38,756 nt of DNA from Syntrophaceae bacterium (GTDB lineage Bacteria; Desulfobacterota; Syntrophia; Syntrophales; Smithellaceae): NCBI GenBank assembly GCA_016928765.1, contig JAFGKC010000177.1:1-38756 (forward strand). Reading direction: 5' to 3'. Each line of letters opens with the position of its first letter. Positions within the stretch are counted from its first letter, which is position 1. The position numbers were made by a program, and so were the translations under genes. The notes below the pieces were generated by a model, which saw only the letters and a program-made list of their open reading frames with translations, ran no database searches and was not told the DNA's origin. Below are positions 16,205 through 24,871 of this stretch, piece after piece.

Positions 16205-16960
16205 CTATCGCAACCATACCTTGTATAAAATCCAAAAACCCTGAACCAGAACAAGAACACCCAAGATTTTCTTCAAAAGCGTTTTCGATCCGATTTTACT
16301 TAGCGCCATAGGACCAAAGAAACCTCCTACCACCGCTCCCAAGCATAACGGTATCATCAAAGTTAATGGAGGCAAACCGTTTAACAGCCACCAGAGAAAA
16401 AAACTAAGCAAGCAAATAGGAGCTTCGGCAAAATCAGTGGAACCGATAGCCCCCTTTTCGCAACGGTCCTTAAAAACCAGCTGCCCTCCTGCAACCAGCG
16501 GCCCGAATCCGCCCCCAGACATGGCTTTATTAAAGGCGCTGACAAAACCTAACGCGTATAATTTTTTCGCTGTCATTATTAATGTTTTATCCCATAAAAC
16601 TAAGACGGCAATTACGATAACCAGCACAGCGATATATGTATTAAGAATTTTTGGAGATATTTTCGCGGAGATTAAAACTCCAATTACGCAGGCAAAAACT
16701 CCGAACCAGATAATAGTTGTTGAAACTTTGTAGTCTATTGTGCCTGCTTTAAAATTTGCGTTTTGCAGATGGTGGTGTCGCCAGGAAGCGATAAATCCGC
16801 CAACTGATTGAGAAATCAGAATTGAAGGAACTACCGCTTTGACATCGTACCCCATCAGAATCAGCAGAGGCGAAAGCACTGTGCCGTACATCATGCCTAA
16901 CGCGCTGTCAATGAATTCCATAATCATTGCAAAAATTATCAAATAAAAAGATTCAAGCAT
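16205..16960 (-). CDS. TSUP (TauE/SafE, DUF81) family anion permease
   Basis: 251 aa, polytopic. It has a glycine-rich duplicated 4-TM architecture typical of TSUP and lies immediately upstream of cysD. Confidence 0.8.
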   Translation of the reverse strand: MLESFYLIIFAMIMEFIDSALGMMYGTVLSPLLILMGYDVKAVVPSILISQSVGGFIASWRHHHLQNANFKAGTIDYKVSTTIIWFGVFACVIGVLISAKISPKILNTYIAVLVIVIAVLVLWDKTLIMTAKKLYALGFVSAFNKAMSGGGFGPLVAGGQLVFKDRCEKGAIGSTDFAEAPICLLSFFLWWLLNGLPPLTLMIPLCLGAVVGGFFGPMALSKIGSKTLLKKILGVLVLVQGFWILYKVWLR

Positions 16961-17031
16961 TGTTTTTACGTCTCTCCATTATTATTTATTGATATGTTCT
17001 AAACATATAATGACGTACTGTTTATAATTCT

Positions 17032-17997
17032 TTAAATTTTATTTCCAATATAAATGTCATCATGTGTCAGCATAAACTCGCGGGGCGCGAAGTTTAAATC
17101 CCGCTTTGCTTCGTGATGATCAAAAACGAGATTTTGATTCATTCTTTCGGCCATCGCGGCAGACCAGTGGCGGAAACGCGGCAAAATACGTAAAAAAAAT
17201 ATAGCTATTCGAAAAATCGAAATGGGCAATATCACGAATCGTGGTTTTTTGCCAATTGATTCAAATATTTTTTCAACCATGCGCCGATAGGATAAAATTT
17301 CACCGCCGGAAATATTATAAGCCCGGTTAAATGATTTTTCTGTATTCAGCGCCGCAACGCAGGCCATCGCAACATCTTGCGCGTGCACAGGTTGGCGTAG
17401 GCCGTTACCCTGCGCCATCAACGGAAAAAAAGAGAGTTTTTTGATAAATTTGTAAATAACGCTGATATTTTTATCGCGTCCCCACGCATAAACAAGAGTG
17501 GGTCTTAGAATTGTCCATTTCAAATTATTTTGTTGGGCCCAGCTTATAAATACTGCTTCGCCACGCTTTATTTTTTCTGCTAATTTTTTTTCTTCGCTAT
17601 CTGTCGATGATTCTTTGGTAAAACAACTCGTTGAAGAAAGGGCAACAACATGTTTCGCACCGCAACGCAACAACAACGTGAAGTGTTGCGGCAAAACCCA
17701 GATAGGAGCAAGAATAATCCATTTTGTTATTCCTTTCGCCATAGGAATATTTTTCGACAAAAGAAGCTGCCACGTAATCCCTTTATAACCTGTCTGTTTT
17801 TCTAACAAAGATAAACGGCGCGTCAAAGCTAAAACGTCATAATCATCCGCAGCTAATAAGGGCAACAAGTGGTCACCAATAAAACTGGTTGCGCCAATAA
17901 CACCAACACGCTTTTTGCCGCTTATCATTTTTTGAATTTTCGGAATATCGCGTTTATCCTTTAATTTTTTACTCAAATGCTCTTTTTCTTTTAACAT
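17032..17997 (-). CDS. NAD(P)-binding SDR/epimerase-family protein (atypical)
   Basis: VGVIGATSFIGDHLLPLL Rossmann motif after a Lys-rich N-terminus. An alternative start is M24 at 17928. No SD is evident at either start. Confidence 0.7.
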   Translation of the reverse strand: MLKEKEHLSKKLKDKRDIPKIQKMISGKKRVGVIGATSFIGDHLLPLLAADDYDVLALTRRLSLLEKQTGYKGITWQLLLSKNIPMAKGITKWIILAPIWVLPQHFTLLLRCGAKHVVALSSTSCFTKESSTDSEEKKLAEKIKRGEAVFISWAQQNNLKWTILRPTLVYAWGRDKNISVIYKFIKKLSFFPLMAQGNGLRQPVHAQDVAMACVAALNTEKSFNRAYNISGGEILSYRRMVEKIFESIGKKPRFVILPISIFRIAIFFLRILPRFRHWSAAMAERMNQNLVFDHHEAKRDLNFAPREFMLTHDDIYIGNKI

Positions 17998-18029
17998 GAT
18001 TACATATTATGCTGAAATTTATCTAATAA

Positions 18030-19133
18030 TTAAATACATTTTTTATAAAGCTTGACATACCTTTTCACCATATTTTCTTCTGTAAATAGTTTGGCGCGCT
18101 GGAGAGCATTGCTTGAACACTTTTCATAAAAGTCGGGATCATCACACAACCTTTTGATAGCAAAGGATAAGGCAATTGAATCACGTGGCGGAATCGTTAT
18201 GCCGGTTACTTCATTTAAGCTCACATGCGGCACACCTGACGGTAAATCGGTGTTAATCACCGGCAATCCATAAGACATCGCTTCGGCCTGAACAATACCA
18301 AAAGCTTCACTAGCATCGATGGAAGGCAACACAAAAAGGTCCGCTTTTTTATACTCAACATAGAGTTGTTCATCAGATATTTTTCCCAAAAAAGATACCT
18401 GGGCAGTAATTCCCAACTTTTTGGCAAGATTCTTTAAATTACTTAGCTCCTCTCCGTCACCAACAATACGCAGTATTGCTTCTGGTATGCGTTGAATAGC
18501 ATTTATTAAATACTTTATCCCTTTGTATTTTCGAAGCTTACCAACAAAGAGAACAGTAGGTCTTGTTCGATCAAACTTACGCACTGTTGAAACAGCATCC
18601 GTTCCTTTGACGCTTGAGTAAGCCAGTGGGATAACTTCGCATTTGTGCTCGTAAGGCTGTAATGTGGGGGAATGTTCGAGCAAACTTGGCGCTATTAAAA
18701 TTATTTTACGAGCCATCTCAAGAACACGAATCAAAAAAGGACGGAAAACAGGGAATAGCTTTCCCCAGCGTGTGTTGGCCGGATCCACACACCAAGTAAT
18801 TATTAGTGGTTTTGAAATATGCCTATATAAAACTTCCGCGTTGGGAAACGGTGAATGTAAGTGAACCAAATCAGTTTCTGAAATGAGGCTCTTCATTTCA
18901 TCCCCGAAATTTAAGCTGATAGGCTGGCTAAATAATTTAAATTGGCATGTTGTGCGCCGCACGGAGATTTCGTCAACATTCTCCCAATTGGTGTTGATTC
19001 GGGGACTGTGATTAAATGTTAAAATGCTTGGCGTAATTTCATATTTAAGTGTTCCTCTGCATAATTGCCTGACATAAGTTTCCATGCCACCAACTGATGG
19101 ATAGTAATACTTTACTATATTAAGTACTTTCAT
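18030..19133 (-). CDS. Glycosyltransferase family 4 (GT-B)
   Basis: C-terminal EAFGIVQAEAMSYGLPVINTDLPSG (E-x7-E region) and VLFVGKLRKYKG. Confidence 0.85.
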   Translation of the reverse strand: MKVLNIVKYYYPSVGGMETYVRQLCRGTLKYEITPSILTFNHSPRINTNWENVDEISVRRTTCQFKLFSQPISLNFGDEMKSLISETDLVHLHSPFPNAEVLYRHISKPLIITWCVDPANTRWGKLFPVFRPFLIRVLEMARKIILIAPSLLEHSPTLQPYEHKCEVIPLAYSSVKGTDAVSTVRKFDRTRPTVLFVGKLRKYKGIKYLINAIQRIPEAILRIVGDGEELSNLKNLAKKLGITAQVSFLGKISDEQLYVEYKKADLFVLPSIDASEAFGIVQAEAMSYGLPVINTDLPSGVPHVSLNEVTGITIPPRDSIALSFAIKRLCDDPDFYEKCSSNALQRAKLFTEENMVKRYVKLYKKCI

Positions 19134-19271
19134 TATTGCCTCTTCGATATTTTTCCTGATTTGTCCGCCTCTCAGAAAAACGAACTGCCTGAAATGAATA
19201 ACCCATGATATAAAGCAGAAATGATTTACCGGATATTCGGAAGAACAATCGGATTCAGTATAAAATAATGA

Positions 19272-20384
19272 CTAAATAATTTTTTTGTAAACATTCAGAG
19301 TCTGTTGCGCAACGATATCCCAAGTTATTGATTCTGCCAATTTTCTGCCGGAAATCGCGCGTCTTTTTCGCTCTGCTTCATCTTGAGCCAGCCACTGCAT
19401 AGCACCGACAATTTCGTCTAAAGATGTTGGATCGACTTCGATGCCAATTTGCCGCGAAACCTCAGGAAGCGAAGATACGTTTGAAGTAATAACCGGAAGG
19501 CCGCATGAAAATGCCTCCAAAACAGGAATGCCAAAACCTTCATATAATGAGGGAAAGACAAACACGTCAGCCCCCGCATATATGCAGCGCAACTCATTGT
19601 CATCGTCGATATTGTTCAACCATATAGCGTCACCATCAATGATCAATTGTTTCAGCTTGCTGATAGTTTCCGCGCATGCCCACCCTTCTCTGCCTACCAA
19701 AACAAGCTTCCTTTCTTTTCTTACGGACTGAGAAAGTTTACTGTAGGCATTGATGATACGGTCAATATTTTTTCTTGGTTGGAAAGTACCTACAAATAAA
19801 AAAAAGCCTCTGTGCAAAGCATATTTTTGCAATACCTGATCAACCTTGTAACTCTCTGGCTCAATAAGCCACTGCTTACTAACGCCACAACCTACGACAG
19901 AAATCTTATGCTCAGACACGCGATAATATTTAACAATATCAGGAACTGATGCCTGGGAAAGTGTTATAATATGATCCGCGTATTTTGCGGTAGAGCGCAA
20001 AATAAAATTTTTTAACTTCCGTAATTTCGGATTACACATCTCCGGGAATTTCATTGGTATCGCATCATGCAAAGTTGCTATTGCGAGACATTTGACAGGA
20101 AAAATAAGATAATCTGTAAAATGCATCAAGTCGACAGGTATGTCATGTCTTATCAGCCCTCTACTTACGATACCTAAACCTGCTAAAGCATGAAAGGATC
20201 CTGGAAAAGGCATGCTTCGTACCAATTCAGAGGATGAAGATTTAGGTGGAAAAGAGTAGCCCGTAACAGTGTGACCTAATTTAATAAACTCATCTGAAAG
20301 ATGGCTGGTATAAACTCCTTTCCCGTCAATATGCCCTCTGACGTGACACGGTTCAATTTGGGTTGTTGATAAACCGATATTCAT
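19272..20384 (-). CDS. Glycosyltransferase family 4 (GT-B)
   Basis: FLFVGTFQPRKN and EGFGIPVLEAFSCGLPVITSNVSSLPEV. Confidence 0.85.
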   Translation of the reverse strand: MNIGLSTTQIEPCHVRGHIDGKGVYTSHLSDEFIKLGHTVTGYSFPPKSSSSELVRSMPFPGSFHALAGLGIVSRGLIRHDIPVDLMHFTDYLIFPVKCLAIATLHDAIPMKFPEMCNPKLRKLKNFILRSTAKYADHIITLSQASVPDIVKYYRVSEHKISVVGCGVSKQWLIEPESYKVDQVLQKYALHRGFFLFVGTFQPRKNIDRIINAYSKLSQSVRKERKLVLVGREGWACAETISKLKQLIIDGDAIWLNNIDDDNELRCIYAGADVFVFPSLYEGFGIPVLEAFSCGLPVITSNVSSLPEVSRQIGIEVDPTSLDEIVGAMQWLAQDEAERKRRAISGRKLAESITWDIVAQQTLNVYKKII

Positions 20385-20495
20385 TTCTTAATTCTAATCC
20401 TGATCAGAACCTGGTTATTGGCAACAATTTTCAGTGGCACCTTTGCAAAACTGTATAGCGATGTTTGTAATTGACGCTATTTTTTACTGTTTCTT

Positions 20496-21896
20496 TTACT
20501 TATTGTCTATATTTATGCTCGGATGTACGATCCTGGTTATGCTAACATTATTTCGCAGCGCAACAACATGATATTTGATTTTAGTTAAAAACTGCTTGGT
20601 GCAATCATCCCACGTCAACCACGGTAACTCGCGTTTTTTTTGCACTGCGGAGAACTCTCCGCTGTTTTCAAATTCGCTTATCAGCGCTGCTAAATATTCC
20701 GGCTTTGTCAGCTCAAAATAGGCAACAAAATCTCCTCCCACTTCGCGAAAAACAGGTATATCACTCACCATGGCCGGCAAGCCACGTTGCATTGCTTCAA
20801 CTAAAGGCAGCCCGAAACCCTCGACAAAAGAGGGGAACACCAGACATCGGGATTCCCGATAAAAATATTCAAGCTCCGTATCCGTGAGATCATTGAACAT
20901 AAATAAGCGTCGATTATACTCATCATGCGTCTTAACGCGTTTAATCAAGGAACTGCACTTCCAACCTACTTTTCCCACAAAGCATAGCATAACATTCAAA
21001 CCGTTTTGCCAGAGCAATTCAAAGGCGTCAAGCAAGTACCCGTGGTTTTTTCGAGGCTCGATTGTACCAACCATCAAGTAAACCGACCTATTATTATGAA
21101 AAAATGTTTTAACCTTTGAACGGACAGATTCATCATTTTCGACAAGATCAAGCTCAGAACCTAAATAAAAATAATCAAACCGTTGATGTAGGCCTGGAAC
21201 TTCTGAACTACTGCTGCAAATGTATGATTGTAATTGATCCCTTATGGTTTTCGATATAGTCATAAATCCATCTGCCGTTTGGCTTATCCATTCAAACCAA
21301 TGTTGAAATGATCTGACATGGCCATCGCTGCAAAAGCTTGGATGTGTCAGCGGAATCAAATCATAGATTACAGAAACAATTATAATTCCGCGTTTTTTCA
21401 TGTCATTAATTTTATCAATAAAGTATGGGCTTATGCCCCATGATGAATCCAGCAGGATCAGCACATCACCAGATTGTATTGTTATTTCGACAATACGCTT
21501 ACCGACTTCCCTCTTTTCACAAAAACAGGAAACAGCATGGTAAATTATATTGAAGAAAACACTCAACAATTTAAGCAGTATTAATAACACTTTACGCAAA
21601 TTAGGAGAAGCGTGAAATAAACCATGCGCAGCAATGCGACGATAGTAAATCCAATATCTTTTCTTATGATAGAGACCGATCCGATAATGAAGTAAATTGA
21701 CAAATAACATTATTCTGCTGTCTGGTTTTATTTTTTTTACTTCATAAATCTTATCATTTTTAAAAATAATGGGAACAATATCAGCAATATCCTGAAACTT
21801 ATCAATTCTCGACACAATATTTCGCACAACACGTTGAATGCCCATATTGAAATGTGGATGATGATAAACAAAGGAACATTCGATAAGTAATCTCAT
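20496..21896 (-). CDS. Glycosyltransferase family 4 (GT-B) with extended N-terminal half
   Basis: The N-terminal MGIQRVVRNI motif is common in mannosyl/rhamnosyl GT4 enzymes. Also LMVGTIEPRKN and EGFGLPLVEAMQRGLPAMVSDIPVFREV. Confidence 0.8.
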   Translation of the reverse strand: MRLLIECSFVYHHPHFNMGIQRVVRNIVSRIDKFQDIADIVPIIFKNDKIYEVKKIKPDSRIMLFVNLLHYRIGLYHKKRYWIYYRRIAAHGLFHASPNLRKVLLILLKLLSVFFNIIYHAVSCFCEKREVGKRIVEITIQSGDVLILLDSSWGISPYFIDKINDMKKRGIIIVSVIYDLIPLTHPSFCSDGHVRSFQHWFEWISQTADGFMTISKTIRDQLQSYICSSSSEVPGLHQRFDYFYLGSELDLVENDESVRSKVKTFFHNNRSVYLMVGTIEPRKNHGYLLDAFELLWQNGLNVMLCFVGKVGWKCSSLIKRVKTHDEYNRRLFMFNDLTDTELEYFYRESRCLVFPSFVEGFGLPLVEAMQRGLPAMVSDIPVFREVGGDFVAYFELTKPEYLAALISEFENSGEFSAVQKKRELPWLTWDDCTKQFLTKIKYHVVALRNNVSITRIVHPSINIDNK

Positions 21897-22143
21897 TGTT
21901 TAAATTGCCTTAATTATATCCAAATACTTTACTAGGCACGGATATACGTCACAATATAAGGTTATCACCTAGAAAAACATATCCCAGATAATCTGGTTTG
22001 TTGCTTAGCCTAGGGAGCAATAGCAATAGCACGGGGCATTTTTTTTTGAAATCAATATAGCATAGTCGTCTTGGCTAAAAACCATCGCGAATTGGAGCCA
22101 AGCCCCATATTGCTTTTACATGTACAGATAATGATTAGTTTCT

Positions 22144-23109
22144 TTACAGGGCGTTTTTTTGCCAATAAACAATAATATCATTCAGGCTATCTTCCAGTGA
22201 TATCTTTGGATACCAGCCTAATTCTTCCTTAATTTTTTTATTTGAGCCAACGATGATCCTGTTGTCATTTGGCCGCACCAGTTTCGCGTCTACACGTTTA
22301 TGAACAGTTACACCAACTATTTTTGCCATGATATCAATGATATCATCTAATGAAGTTCCTTTGCCGCTGCACACATTATAAATTTGTCCTTTCTTTCCTT
22401 TTTCCAGCAACAGGCTATAGGCCGCAACCACATCCCTCACATCTGTGAAATCTCGAATAATTGACGTGTCGCCTGTAATCAATTCACCGCGGTTTTTACC
22501 ATTTTTTTTAATATCAACAATCTGGCGGGCAAAAGCCGGTATAACAAATACATCTTTCTGAAAAGGTCCAATATGATTGAATGACCTTGTCATTAATATA
22601 TCAAGGCCGTATCCTTCAACATAGATTCTGGAAATCATCTCCTGAGATACTCGCGCCACCGCATATGGGCTGAGTGGCCTAAGCGTATGTTTTTCTGTTA
22701 AAGGTAGATCTTCTTTATCGAAATTACCATATTCTTCAGATGATCCAATCGATAAAATTCTGACGTCTAATTTCATTTTTCTCACAGACTCAAGCAGGTT
22801 TAAAAAAATGTTCATGTTGTTTTGAAAGCTCAAAATTGGCTCCTTCCAACTGAAGGCCACGCTACTAAAAGAAGCCAGATGCAATATATAATCTGGTTGA
22901 AATTCATTAATAATATATTCGGCATGATCAGCAGACAAAAGGTCGACCTTTTCAAAACTAATTTTAACATTTTTATAGTGATCTAGCCGAAAATCTGGAT
23001 GCTGAATATCCAGACCTTTCACTACATGTGACTTTTTAAGATTTTCCAGATGCTCGACAAAACGCCGACCCACAAAACCCGAAAAGCCAGTAATCAAATA
23101 TTTTTTCAT
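22144..23109 (-). CDS. NDP-sugar epimerase/reductase, extended SDR (GDP-6-deoxy-mannose reductase Rmd-like)
   Basis: YLITGFSGFVGRRF, SPYAVARVSQE (YxxxK/R region) and RSFNHIGPFQKDVFVIPAFARQI. No gmd gene is in the window, so the substrate is unassigned. Confidence 0.8.
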   Translation of the reverse strand: MKKYLITGFSGFVGRRFVEHLENLKKSHVVKGLDIQHPDFRLDHYKNVKISFEKVDLLSADHAEYIINEFQPDYILHLASFSSVAFSWKEPILSFQNNMNIFLNLLESVRKMKLDVRILSIGSSEEYGNFDKEDLPLTEKHTLRPLSPYAVARVSQEMISRIYVEGYGLDILMTRSFNHIGPFQKDVFVIPAFARQIVDIKKNGKNRGELITGDTSIIRDFTDVRDVVAAYSLLLEKGKKGQIYNVCSGKGTSLDDIIDIMAKIVGVTVHKRVDAKLVRPNDNRIIVGSNKKIKEELGWYPKISLEDSLNDIIVYWQKNAL

Positions 23110-23234
23110 AATCTCTTAGCTTTAATTATACTAGTGTTTAAACAAGAAGGCAGAAGTACGCACCTATATTAATTTCCACCCCAATTAAAAATCTATAAAA
23201 CCACCACCCCCGGAAATTCGAGCATTGTAATGTT

Positions 23235-24629
23235 TCAAATTTGACAATACCGCCCACCCCAACTGTCCAGATCTGCCTGCGGGGCATTGGCATATGCCAT
23301 GTTTCCCCACGCACTGTTGTTGTCTCCAATGTGAAGCGCAAGATCCGCCTGACAAATCTTTCGCCCTCTGGCACGCAAAACAGCGCAGCCCCAAGAATCA
23401 TGAATCATATTTTCCGGAAGTGGCGCAATATTTTTCCAGTCTTTTGCTCTAAATGTCCAGGATCCCCCTGGAGCACTGCTGGTTAACAACGCACGAATAC
23501 CGTTGTACTCCACAATACCATAAACTGTATTCCACGCAAATCGCGGTTCAACAAATCCACTCATAATAGCGATATCGGATGGCGCGCAACTCCAGAATTT
23601 TACAATTGCGCGAAGAAAGCCATCATGCCATAAAATGTCGTCATCAGAAAAAACAATTATGTCTGGTTTTAGAAGCAGCGCCTTTTCAATAGCCATGTTC
23701 ATACCACGGCCGGCGTTGGCGATACCTTCATCTGGAGGTAGAGTGTAGGCGCCCAAATCACGGATTAAATCAGCTGTCCCATCTGACGAACCGTTGTCAA
23801 AAATAATAAGCTCGTTCGGATAGCCAGCTAACTTTAAACTGTTTATTGTTTGCCGAAAAAGGCCAAGTCGGTTAGTGCGAATAAGATTCCAGGTTCTTAC
23901 AGCAATTACAACTTTCAATTTTTCAGACACAGCACTATTTATAATTATTGGTTGCATATTTTCAATAATTGGCGTCTCAACAACTTCGATATGTGAAATT
24001 ATAGGGGTCTTGCCGATATCACTTAACCACCATATTTCTTCAAAAACAAGATCCCACTCTAATAGGTATTCTCCAGGCTGCTCGGGTGCTTCAACTTGCG
24101 CCACAATATTTTTTGTAGCACCTGGTGAAATCGGTGTTTCTACAGGCGTTCTTAATCCATCCCATTCAAGAAGCTCTCCGTTGGTTTTGTAAAGATGATA
24201 TGACAAGCTGATCTTGTGTTCCCATGTTTGCTCTCCCGTATTAGTTATCATTACGGCAGCAAAAACGCGTTCCTTACAAAAAACCAATTTAGCCATCAAA
24301 ATTGAAATCGAAAACGTTTTTATTTCAGCAAAACTGGAAGGAGCAGAAAAACTATAGTCAATTTTCAGCCGGTGAGCTAATTTAACTAGCTGTAGCAGCG
24401 ATTGGACCCGCGTCTTCAGCCCGTTTAAACCTTCGCGCCAAAAAACTCTCAGCATCTTCCTTAAAAGCGACAGAATTGATTCTCTTTTGAGCAACCGGCT
24501 AACTAATACTTTTTTCTCACCTATTTCGCCCGCGAAGTTGCCTACATAACGAAAAGATCCGGTTATTCGCAATAATTTACTCTGCGCAATGGCTTTCATT
24601 TTCACCCAGTCAATAAAAACTAGCCCCAT
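23235..24629 (-). CDS. Glycosyltransferase family 2 with ~210-aa N-terminal extra domain
   Basis: GT-A core VVIAVRTWNL...IIFDNGSSDGTADLI...IIVFSDDDILW. The N-terminal part contains GATKNIVAQVEAPEQPGEYLLEWDLVFEEIWWLSDIG. The start is uncertain (24629 versus 24599). Confidence 0.75.
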   Translation of the reverse strand: MGLVFIDWVKMKAIAQSKLLRITGSFRYVGNFAGEIGEKKVLVSRLLKRESILSLLRKMLRVFWREGLNGLKTRVQSLLQLVKLAHRLKIDYSFSAPSSFAEIKTFSISILMAKLVFCKERVFAAVMITNTGEQTWEHKISLSYHLYKTNGELLEWDGLRTPVETPISPGATKNIVAQVEAPEQPGEYLLEWDLVFEEIWWLSDIGKTPIISHIEVVETPIIENMQPIIINSAVSEKLKVVIAVRTWNLIRTNRLGLFRQTINSLKLAGYPNELIIFDNGSSDGTADLIRDLGAYTLPPDEGIANAGRGMNMAIEKALLLKPDIIVFSDDDILWHDGFLRAIVKFWSCAPSDIAIMSGFVEPRFAWNTVYGIVEYNGIRALLTSSAPGGSWTFRAKDWKNIAPLPENMIHDSWGCAVLRARGRKICQADLALHIGDNNSAWGNMAYANAPQADLDSWGGRYCQI

Positions 24630-24685
24630 GTCCTCTTTCTTTCTATCTTCTGATATTCAGCATGATCACCAAAGGGTAGCAAACA

Positions 24686-24871
24686 TCACAATTTCTTAAA
24701 CCAGTCCCCTAAAAAACGTAAAGGTTTAGTAATCCGCCAGCTGGTAGAGCGATAAAGTGCCGCAATTTGTTCGTCACGTTCAGTCACTGCTTTAACTAGG
24801 TTGCTGTGACGGTCTATAGATAATTTGCTTGCTGAAGTTACGCTATAGTATTGCCTTACTGCGACGGATAA
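24686..24871 (-). pseudogene. Orphan coiled-coil / 'SWRITKPLR' C-terminal tail in the -1 frame relative to the upstream trifunctional gene
   Basis: 61 open codons with no ATG: LSVAVRQYYSVTSASKLSIDRHSNLVKAVTERDEQIAALYRSTSWRITKPLRFLGDWFKKL*. The frame opens 13 nt before the stop of the 771-aa ORF. Confidence 0.5.

Noticed and set aside
21897-22143. The 247-nt gap between the GT4 and the Rmd-like gene, and the other gaps of 140-190 nt (19134-19271, 28193-28371, 31274-31419, 37838-38025), as possible tRNA, ncRNA or small-ORF sites.
   Set aside because: I could find no cloverleaf-like structure, no conserved repeat and no convincing ORF with an SD by eye. There are only weak AT-rich hairpins. A covariance-model scan would be needed to say more.
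23138-23401. Small ORFs 23138-23401(-) and 23185-23394(-) at the 3' end of the GT2 gene.
   Set aside because: They overlap the well-supported GT2 reading frame out of frame. They have no SD and no recognisable motifs.
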